Shown here piece by piece: positions 18,134 through 25,641 of a DNA stretch of 31,080 bases (position 1 is its first letter; each line of letters starts with the position of its first letter). The DNA comes from Methanocella sp. (GTDB taxonomy: Archaea; Thermoproteota; Bathyarchaeia; Bathyarchaeales; Bathycorpusculaceae). Both the position numbers and the translations under genes were made by a program. The notes below the pieces were generated by a model, which worked only from the letters and a program-made list of their open reading frames with translations, had not been told where the DNA came from and searched no databases. The DNA lies in assembly GCA_050261115.1 (NCBI GenBank), contig JBLNCY010000028.1, positions 1 to 31,080 on the forward strand. The letters run 5' to 3'.

Positions 18134-19621
18134 ATGGACACCGCAATCCCCTCAATCTTGCTGCAAGCTGTAACTGTACCCTTAATCGGAGCAATCCTAT
18201 GCGCATTCCTAGGCAAATACCTGAAAAAGAACACTGGCTGGATAGCCGCCGCAGCATCCCTTTACTCTACTGCGCTCCTAGCGTACGCTGCTGTCATAAT
18301 GTGGACCCAGGGTGGATCGCTCAATGAAACCTACACTTGGGGCACCATCGTCTACCCCCTTAACTTCGGCTTCCTCGCAGACGGCTTAAGCCTCCCAGTA
18401 GCTTTTGCTATGAGCATAATCTGCACCGCCATGTCCCTCTACTCAATAAACTACATGCACCACCGCATACAACACCTCTACGGCGAAGACAAACCAGGCA
18501 CTTATGGCCTCTACTACGCGATGTTTCTGCTTTTCCCCGTAGGCTTAATCGGCGGCGCATTATCAACCAACACCATCGAGCTATTCCTATTCTTAGAATC
18601 CGGTCTCTTCCCATTCTACATCCTTATGGACGTATTCGGCTACAAAGACCGCCACCGCATCGCCATGATGTCCTTTATCTGGACACAAATCGGAGCGGCA
18701 GTCTTCTTGATCGGCGCAGTCATTGCAGGAGTTAAGGCGGGCAGCTTCGCCATAGTATCCCTATCGGTTCTGTCTGGAACAGAATTGGGTTTGCTTGTCT
18801 GCGGCCTGATTCTTGTGGGGATACTTGTCAAGATGGGTACTTTTGGTTTCCATGTTTGGTTGCCGTTGGTGCACGCTGAACACCCCACTTCAATCGCCGC
18901 CATCTTAGCCACCATCGTGGGTTTCGGCACATATATGATCGCGCGCCTGCTCTACCAGAACATGTTCAGCTCTTTTCAATTCTTTAGTTTGCCTTTGATG
19001 GTACTTGCTGTCGTCACCATGCTCTATGGCGCTTATCTAACTATGGGGCAAGATGATGTGAAGCGCCTGTTTGCTTGCTCAACCATAGGCCAAACATCCT
19101 ACTCGATTCTGGGGCTTGCCAGCATGACTGCGCTAGGCGTAGAGGGCGGCGTCTTTTATTTCATCAGCCACATCATAGGCAAAGCCATACTCTTCTCAGT
19201 CGCAGGCATCCTAGTAACCCAAACAGGAACCCGAAGCATCAAAGAAATGGGTGGGTTGGCACAGAAGATGCCCCTCACCGCCACGTTATGCATACTGGGC
19301 GCCATGGTACTGTCTGCGATTCCGCCCCTTAGCGGCTTCCAGGGAGAATGGCTACTGTTTACCGGTGTATTTCAGCAGGGCTTAAATTCGCCAGTCTATC
19401 TTGCCATCGCAATGGTTGCTATCTTTGCAACTTTCCTGACGGCGGCTTATACGTTCTGGCCCGCTATACGCATATTCTTTGGCCCCATATCGCCCAGCAT
19501 GGAAAAAGTTAAGGAAGCACCCCCTACCATGACCGCGCCCCTGTGCGTCTTAGCGGTGCTGTCAGTGCTGTTGGGGCTTTTCCCCGAAGTAATCCTGCGC
19601 TTCCTTTCCTCTGTCCTTTAG
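18134..19621 (+). CDS. nuoM: Antiporter-like subunit (NuoM-like)
   Basis: DGLSLP, FLES..PFY, VKMGTFGFHVWLP..HAEHP, GGLAQKMP, PPLSGFQGEW. Confidence 0.87.
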   Translation: MDTAIPSILLQAVTVPLIGAILCAFLGKYLKKNTGWIAAAASLYSTALLAYAAVIMWTQGGSLNETYTWGTIVYPLNFGFLADGLSLPVAFAMSIICTAMSLYSINYMHHRIQHLYGEDKPGTYGLYYAMFLLFPVGLIGGALSTNTIELFLFLESGLFPFYILMDVFGYKDRHRIAMMSFIWTQIGAAVFLIGAVIAGVKAGSFAIVSLSVLSGTELGLLVCGLILVGILVKMGTFGFHVWLPLVHAEHPTSIAAILATIVGFGTYMIARLLYQNMFSSFQFFSLPLMVLAVVTMLYGAYLTMGQDDVKRLFACSTIGQTSYSILGLASMTALGVEGGVFYFISHIIGKAILFSVAGILVTQTGTRSIKEMGGLAQKMPLTATLCILGAMVLSAIPPLSGFQGEWLLFTGVFQQGLNSPVYLAIAMVAIFATFLTAAYTFWPAIRIFFGPISPSMEKVKEAPPTMTAPLCVLAVLSVLLGLFPEVILRFLSSVL

Positions 19622-19767
19622 CTACACCCTGAGGCTTAACTTCTCAAGTATTTGAGTTTTTAGTGCTTGGCTGGTTCCTTTTTTTCGCTAAATATGCCCA
19701 ATGTAATGAACATGGTTATAAGCAAGAAAAAACTATTGTACTCAAATCCATACACTGAGGCTAACTA

Positions 19768-20073
19768 ATGGGAAAGAAAAAAGTACTATCCGAAGGCGCA
19801 ATAAGCGAAATGGTTTACCCCGCTCAGGGTGAAGTTTTAGGTGTGGTTACTAAGCTGCTTGGCTTTGACCGCATCCTAGTCAAATGCCAAGATGGCGCCG
19901 AACGTCTCTGCCGTATCCGCGGAAAAATGAAACGCCGCGTTTGGATACGCGAAGGCGACATAGTTATTGTATCACCATGGGATTTCCAGACTAACGAGCG
20001 CGGAGACGTCGTTTGGCGCTATACCCATGCCCAAGCTGAAAACCTAAGACGCAAGGGCTTACTAAACCTCTAA
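19768..20073 (+). CDS. eif1a: Archaeal translation initiation factor aIF-1A
   Basis: GVVTKLLG..CQDG..RLCRIRGKMKRRVWIREGD.V.VSPWDFQ..GDVVWRYT. Confidence 0.97.
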   Translation: MGKKKVLSEGAISEMVYPAQGEVLGVVTKLLGFDRILVKCQDGAERLCRIRGKMKRRVWIREGDIVIVSPWDFQTNERGDVVWRYTHAQAENLRRKGLLNL

Positions 20074-20166
20074 TTTCTCCTTTTAGTGTTTTAATTCACA
20101 ACCGATTTGCCAAGTAAACTCGCAGTTAAGGCAATCTGTATTTTAACCTCTTTAGGGTTGCTAAAG

Positions 20167-20173
20167 TTTAAAG
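20167..20173 (+). promoter_or_regulatory. Putative TATA box of polB
   Basis: AAAG-TTTAAAG about 37 nt upstream of the TTG start. Confidence 0.4.
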
Positions 20174-20209
20174 GGCAACCATGCTCAATTTTATATTGGC
20201 GAAAGCTCG

Positions 20210-22585
20210 TTGAAACTTTTTTTCTGGCTGCTAGATATAAACCCTAAAGTTAACGACGGCAAAGTAGACATCTGGCTATGGGGCATCGACCAGTCAGGAA
20301 ACCGCATCCTACTAATCGACCACAACTTTAGCACATACTTCTATGCTGTCCTGCATGGCGCAGCGGACGGGACACTAATTTTACAGCAGATAATGCTTCG
20401 CTATGGCGGTCTTGTTTCCAACGCAGAAGTTGTTTCCCGCCGATTTTTTGGTAAACCCGTTACCGCAATCAAAGTTACATGCAAAGTTGCTACCCAAGTC
20501 ACCAAAATAGCTCGGCAAGTGCGCAAACTCGATGGCGTATCTGACTGCTATGAGGACGACATACGCACTGCCATGCGTTACTTAATAGACAACAATGTTA
20601 TTCCCTGCGGTTGGAATGAAGCTGACGTAGGGCCAGAAGAGTTTCCGCCACCGGTTAGAGCCTCAAGCGTTTACAAAGTTAATTCCTCGCCTAGGTCGGT
20701 GGAAGACGTCGGGGTTACGCCCGCTTTGCGGGTGATTGCTTTTTCCATGATTTGCTACAGTAAAGAAGGAACCCCAAAACCTGACCGAAACCCCATCCTA
20801 ATGATCTCCATTGTTGATAGTCAAGGTGGCCAAAAACAGTTCATCGCAAACCAAGACAGAGACGATAAACAAGTTATTCAAGAATTCATCCCATACATCC
20901 GCCGATTCGACCCAGATGTTATTGTAAGTTATGGCGGGAACACCACTGACTGGAATTATCTATTGCAGAGAAGTCATCTGCATGGTTTTTTGCTTAATCT
21001 TGACCGGGGCTCCTTTGAGCCGCATGCAAGCATATATGGCCATATGGCGATTGCGGGTATAGCTAATGTGGATTTAGTTGATTTTACCGATATGTTTCCA
21101 GAAGTCAAGGTCAAGACCCTTGAACATGTCGCTGATAACTTGGGTGTCACTATGGGGCAACGGGGAGTTATAGACCAGGTCTTATTCGCTGACTACTGGG
21201 ATGACCCCGACAAGCGTGATCTGCTGCTTGCTTTTAATTTAGATAATGCCCGCCGAATATACGGTGTTGCTTTGTTGTTGCTTGATTTCGCTATACAACT
21301 CTCCAGCCTAACTAATCTCCCCTTAGATCATGTGATGACCGCCGCCACGGGCTTCCGCGTCGAATGGTATCTGATTAAGCGGGCGCAGAAGTCCAGCGAG
21401 ATAATTCCTCGACGCGTAGAACAATCCTACATGCCCTACACGGGTGGACTCGTGCTCTCCCCCAAGCCTGGGCTGCATGACAATGTTGCTGTTTTAGACT
21501 TCAAGTCCATGTACCCCAACATCATGATAACTTACAATATTTCGCCCGACACCTACATTCAACCAGGCGACCCTTTACCTCCTGACGGTGTCTATGTGGC
21601 GCCTGAAGTAGGATACCAATTCCGAAAATCACCCCCTGGATTTTACAAAGAAGCCCTCACTTACCTACTTGATGTGAGACGCCAAATACGCCAAAAAATG
21701 AAAACCCTGACTGCCAGTTCTGTTGAGTATCAGGTGCTGGATGCCCGCCAAAAAGCGGTAAAAATCCTAACCAACGCAGCTTACGGATACGCTGGCTGGG
21801 TAGGGGCAAGATGGTACATAAAACCCGTAGCTGAAGCAGCCTCAGCATGGGGGCGACACATCATCTTAACCGCCTCACAGACGGCACAGCAACTACACAT
21901 TCAAGTAATCTACGGAGACACAGACAGCCTCTTCATAAAATACGACAAAGCAAAAGCAGAACAGCTACAGGCAAACATACAAAGAGACCTAAAGTTCGAG
22001 GTGGAAATCGGTGAGATTTATCGGCGGATTTTCTTTACGGAGGCAAAGAAACGCTATGCTGGGCTGCGTCAAGACGGCAGTTTGGATATTGTGGGTTTGG
22101 AGGTTATTCGGGGTGACTGGGCTGAGGTGGCAAAGAAGGTGCAGGAGCATGTGCTTGAGATTATTCTAAAGGAGCAGTCGCCCACGGAAGCGCTTGAGTA
22201 TGTTAGGGGTGTTGTGAAGGACTTGCGGCGTAGGATTGTGCCGCTTGAAGATTTGGTTATTTGGAAGACGCTTACAAAGCCACCTAAGGCGTATGCTGTT
22301 AGGGCTCCGCATGTGGAGGTAGCTAAGATGCTAATCGAGAAGGGTTGGCGGCTTAGTGTCGGCGACAAGGTGGGGTATGTGGTGCTATCAGGGAAGGGGC
22401 CTTTGTATGCACATGTCGCGCCCTACGTTTATGCCAAACCCGATCAAATAGATATGGACTACTATATTACTAACCAAGTTCTGCCGGCTGCGGCGCGTAT
22501 ACTTAACTTTTTTAATGTAACCCAAAAAGAGTTAGAATCAAAAACAAAAGAAGAAAAAACAAAAAGCCTAACAGATTATTTTTAG
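20210..22585 (+). CDS. polB: Family B DNA polymerase (PolB3-like) with degenerate 3'-5' exonuclease motifs
   Basis: DFKSMYP, KILTNAAYGY, YGDTDS, KKRYAG, RGDW and C-terminal PIP-like TKSLTDYF. Confidence 0.95.
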   Translation: MKLFFWLLDINPKVNDGKVDIWLWGIDQSGNRILLIDHNFSTYFYAVLHGAADGTLILQQIMLRYGGLVSNAEVVSRRFFGKPVTAIKVTCKVATQVTKIARQVRKLDGVSDCYEDDIRTAMRYLIDNNVIPCGWNEADVGPEEFPPPVRASSVYKVNSSPRSVEDVGVTPALRVIAFSMICYSKEGTPKPDRNPILMISIVDSQGGQKQFIANQDRDDKQVIQEFIPYIRRFDPDVIVSYGGNTTDWNYLLQRSHLHGFLLNLDRGSFEPHASIYGHMAIAGIANVDLVDFTDMFPEVKVKTLEHVADNLGVTMGQRGVIDQVLFADYWDDPDKRDLLLAFNLDNARRIYGVALLLLDFAIQLSSLTNLPLDHVMTAATGFRVEWYLIKRAQKSSEIIPRRVEQSYMPYTGGLVLSPKPGLHDNVAVLDFKSMYPNIMITYNISPDTYIQPGDPLPPDGVYVAPEVGYQFRKSPPGFYKEALTYLLDVRRQIRQKMKTLTASSVEYQVLDARQKAVKILTNAAYGYAGWVGARWYIKPVAEAASAWGRHIILTASQTAQQLHIQVIYGDTDSLFIKYDKAKAEQLQANIQRDLKFEVEIGEIYRRIFFTEAKKRYAGLRQDGSLDIVGLEVIRGDWAEVAKKVQEHVLEIILKEQSPTEALEYVRGVVKDLRRRIVPLEDLVIWKTLTKPPKAYAVRAPHVEVAKMLIEKGWRLSVGDKVGYVVLSGKGPLYAHVAPYVYAKPDQIDMDYYITNQVLPAAARILNFFNVTQKELESKTKEEKTKSLTDYF

Positions 22586-23811
22586 GCTTGATCTTTAGGA
22601 ATGACGCTTTGGAATGTCATCAATTCAACGTTAAGCGCGGGCTTCACTGCTTCTGAGACGCGTGAGGCAACGATGCGTTTGATGTTTTTGTCTCCTGCAA
22701 TGTCAACGATACGTTGGGTGATGATGCCGTCAAAGACTACTGTGTCCACGCCTGAGATTTGCTGAAGTCTCTCGGCAAGCTGGCTTACTGGTAGGCGCTC
22801 AATTAACTCAAGTTTCTCGTTTAAGACGACTGCTTCAAGTGTGCCCACGAGCGCTTTTGCTGCTTGTATGATTGTGTCTGGTACCTCGACTTTTGGGGGT
22901 TTGGGACGTTCTTGTGGTGGTGGAGGTACTTGGACCTGTGGCTGCGGTGCTGGAGCTTTCTTGGGTTGCGGTGGCGCAGGTTGCTTGCCTTGGAGTAGTT
23001 CGCTGACTGGCACACGGCCTTCGATTGCTTCGTTGATTTCTTTGCAGTTGCATTCTTCGATTTCTTTTCCGCGTGGTGCGCGGCCGATGTATTTTATGTT
23101 GGTGACTTGGAGTAGCTCTTTTTGGATTAAGTCGCCGCCTCTGTCGCCGTCAAGTAATGCCGTTGCATTGCGTTCTTTGGTTATTTTTCTGATTGAGTCG
23201 GGGACTTTGGCGCCTTCAAGTGCTACAGTGTTAAAGATTCCGCAGCGCATGAGGTTTATGATGTCTGCTCGACCTTCGACTACAAAGATTTCTTTGGCGC
23301 CTTCTAAGCCTGGGCCTGCAGGTAGGTCTTCGGGGCCGTATTTTTCGACTTTGCCTACTTTCATGGTGTCACTTATTTCTTTGTAGACTTCATCTACGCT
23401 TGGCATTGATTCGATGTTCCAGCGGTGTAGGATTTCTTTTGCGCGGTCTATGATGATTTTTCGGCGGGCTTCTCGTATGTCTTCGATGCGTTCGAGGGTT
23501 ACTTTGGCGCTGCAGGGGCCTACGCGGTTGATGCTTTCTACGCTTGCGGCTATGAGTGCTGTGGATACTCGGTCGAGGCTGGTGGGTATGGTTATGCTGC
23601 CGTTTGTGCGGTCGTTTTTAGAGTGTAGGTCGATTTCGATTCTGCCGATGCGTCCGGTTTTCTGTAGTTCTCGGAGGTCGAGTTCTGGGCCGAAAAGTCC
23701 TTCTGTTTGGCCAAAGACTGCGCCTATAACATCGGGTTTTTCTACTACGCCTTCAATTTCAAATCTAGCATGTACAACGTACTTTATCGTAAAGGTTTGG
23801 GATTGTCCCGT
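22582..23811 (-). CDS. dnaG: Archaeal DnaG (TOPRIM primase-like, exosome-associated), about 409 aa, non-canonical start
   Basis: The frame stays open 135 codons upstream of the track's ATG 23406 and encodes KY.....EIEGVVEKPDVIGAVFGQTEGLFGPELDLRELQKTGRIGRI; TOPRIM VVEGRAD and DGDRGG; VFDGIITQR. Start inferred at ACG 23811. Confidence 0.93.
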   Translation of the reverse strand, partial: TGQSQTFTIKYVVHARFEIEGVVEKPDVIGAVFGQTEGLFGPELDLRELQKTGRIGRIEIDLHSKNDRTNGSITIPTSLDRVSTALIAASVESINRVGPCSAKVTLERIEDIREARRKIIIDRAKEILHRWNIESMPSVDEVYKEISDTMKVGKVEKYGPEDLPAGPGLEGAKEIFVVEGRADIINLMRCGIFNTVALEGAKVPDSIRKITKERNATALLDGDRGGDLIQKELLQVTNIKYIGRAPRGKEIEECNCKEINEAIEGRVPVSELLQGKQPAPPQPKKAPAPQPQVQVPPPPQERPKPPKVEVPDTIIQAAKALVGTLEAVVLNEKLELIERLPVSQLAERLQQISGVDTVVFDGIITQRIVDIAGDKNIKRIVASRVSEAVKPALNVELMTFQSVIPKDQA

Positions 23812-23868
23812 AAATATACAACTCCTGTAAATTATTTGTTATTTATTTGATTATGTAATCGTCACTTA

Positions 23869-23889
23869 TTGCGAGTGTTCTACTCGCAA
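23869..23889. promoter_or_regulatory. Perfect 8-bp inverted repeat between dnaG and the ParB-like gene
   Basis: TTGCGAGT-gttct-ACTCGCAA. Confidence 0.45.
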
Positions 23890-24046
23890 GATGAGATTAT
23901 GATCTGATTAGAAATTAGGGTGCATGCCGTCATATAACACTTGTGGTATTGTAGCACAGACAGATAAGAGGCTATCCCCCCGTTTTACATGCGTTCCTCC
24001 TTGCACTTTTATATACTTACACATACAACAAGGATTAGGATCCCAC

Positions 24047-24829
24047 ATGAGCCTGCGCATAAACCCAACTTACGATAAGATGCTACCCCGCATGTCTGAG
24101 GAAGAATTCGCTGAACTAAAAAAATCCATAGAAACCGAAGGCCAACACTATCCCATCATAGTAAACGAAGACCTCGAAGTACTCGACGGACATCACCGCT
24201 ATCGCGCCTGTGTCGAACTTGGCATAGACCCTGATTTCGAAGTCAAAAGATTCGAGGACAAACTCCTTGAGAAAAAATTTGTCATAGAAGCTAACCTAAG
24301 AAGGCGCCACCTAAACAACTTTCAACTTGTCGAGTTAGCAGTGCCTCTGCTTGAAATCGAAAAGGCACTGGCAAAACAGCGGCAACCCAAAAGTGGCAAA
24401 AGCGATGCCATTCAGCAATTCAATGCTGAAGAAGAGGATTTGCCCCTTGAGCCTGTAATCAAAGCAAAAGCAACCGAAGTTGTCGCCAAAAAGGCAGGTG
24501 TCTCAACCCGTACGCTTGAGAAGGGTAAAAAAATTCTAGAAAAAGCCGACGAAGAAGACTTGCAGAAGCTTAGGGAAGGCAAGACAAGCATATCCCGAGT
24601 GTATCAAGAAATAGTCAACGCCGGCAAACCTCCCGCGCCAGAGCCCGAACCCCCCAAGTTAGATCCGGCTCAAGAGCTACGCAACAAAGAAGAGCTACTT
24701 ACAATCCTAGAGAAACTGCTAAACAACGACCTCTTCTGCCCATCTTGCGGTAACACCATGTTTGAATGCAGCAAATGCCACCGTAACCTCAAAGAGTTAC
24801 TTGCAAAATTCAAAGCAGAAAACCTCTAA
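24047..24829 (+). CDS. ParB/Srx N-terminal-domain protein with HTH and C-terminal zinc ribbon
   Basis: LKKSI..EGQHYPIIVN...VLDGHHRYRAC, NLRRRHL, VAKKAGVSTRT, CPSC..CSKC; TTTATATA about 32 nt upstream of ATG 24047. Confidence 0.85.
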   Translation: MSLRINPTYDKMLPRMSEEEFAELKKSIETEGQHYPIIVNEDLEVLDGHHRYRACVELGIDPDFEVKRFEDKLLEKKFVIEANLRRRHLNNFQLVELAVPLLEIEKALAKQRQPKSGKSDAIQQFNAEEEDLPLEPVIKAKATEVVAKKAGVSTRTLEKGKKILEKADEEDLQKLREGKTSISRVYQEIVNAGKPPAPEPEPPKLDPAQELRNKEELLTILEKLLNNDLFCPSCGNTMFECSKCHRNLKELLAKFKAENL

Positions 24830-24841
24830 TCCCGTTTGGGT

Positions 24842-25501
24842 TTAGAGTTTGGTTTCAAGAATTTGCTTAATTAGCCTCTGTTCTGCCTTTCGCAGGTGCT
24901 CTACTACGGTTGAATCCCCCAAGCCAAGTTTACTCGCCAGTTCTTGGGAGGTGATTTTTCTTGGGATGTCATAGTAGCCCCATTTATAGGCTGCAAGCAA
25001 CACTTCCTGTTGCTTCTCTGTTAACTGGCTGAGGGGTGAAATGGGTGAAAAGTTGGCATCCGCCAAAAGTACTACGCGGTAATGGACTCCTAGGGCGTCA
25101 ACTTTTTCCATAAACTCTTTGATTTGTTTTTCACTGCCCAAAAAAGAGAACCTTACCTTTCCCTCATTGATTCCAAGTGGTGGAAAAAGGTAGCCGCCCT
25201 CTATACCAATGTACTTTAGAACTGAAGAGAGGCTGGGTGATCCGCTGCGGGTGAAGAGTATGTAGGTGCCGTTTTTTTCTTTCTCTATTACTTGGGCATC
25301 GGTGAGTAATCCGCTTCCTATGAACTCTTCAATTTTTTCGTTGGGGTCTTTGAATTCTACTCGGGAGATGGCGGCAAGCTCTGTGTCGTCTTGTCGTAGA
25401 AAATAGAGGAGTTCTAAGGATTTTATTTTCCTTACGGGAGGTAGCTCGATGCCTGCTTTTAGTAGCTCTCTTTCGGATACTTCGAGGACGAGTCGCCGCA
25501 T
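24842..25501 (-). CDS. HTH_10 (bacterio-opsin-activator-type) transcriptional regulator
   Basis: C-terminal LTEKQQEVLLAAYKWGYYDIPRKITSQELASKLG...TVVEHLRKAE; start ATG 25501 (or 25525). Confidence 0.9.
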   Translation of the reverse strand: MRRLVLEVSERELLKAGIELPPVRKIKSLELLYFLRQDDTELAAISRVEFKDPNEKIEEFIGSGLLTDAQVIEKEKNGTYILFTRSGSPSLSSVLKYIGIEGGYLFPPLGINEGKVRFSFLGSEKQIKEFMEKVDALGVHYRVVLLADANFSPISPLSQLTEKQQEVLLAAYKWGYYDIPRKITSQELASKLGLGDSTVVEHLRKAEQRLIKQILETKL

Positions 25502-25641
25502 AACAATAGCTACTCGTATGCCCATTTATGCTTTTTGAATACCCGCATATACTCGGTACAATCTTAAAGAGCATGCAAGCTATCCATAGATGGACAATTT
25601 ACAGCTTTAAATTAATCAAATTACAGGAAGTAACTAGTGAA

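Noticed and set aside
22885-22990. Pro/Gln-rich low-complexity segment in DnaG
   Set aside because: An ordinary variable interdomain linker.
23765-23821. Out-of-frame TTG next to the dnaG SD as a start followed by a frameshift
   Set aside because: Zero spacing from AGGAG and no slippery sequence; ACG explains the gene more simply.
22841-23830. Plus-strand ORFs of 181 aa and 138 aa
   Set aside because: Antisense shadows of dnaG with no recognisable motifs.
23924-24046. Long N-terminal extensions in the ORF track (also 761, 13115, 13697, 13858, 25528)
   Set aside because: They run through promoter-like or overlapping sequence; downstream starts fit domain boundaries and SD/TATA positions better.
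25540-25595. Imperfect palindromes between the HTH_10 and MMPL genes as operators
   Set aside because: Arms of only 4-5 bp cannot be distinguished from chance without comparative data.
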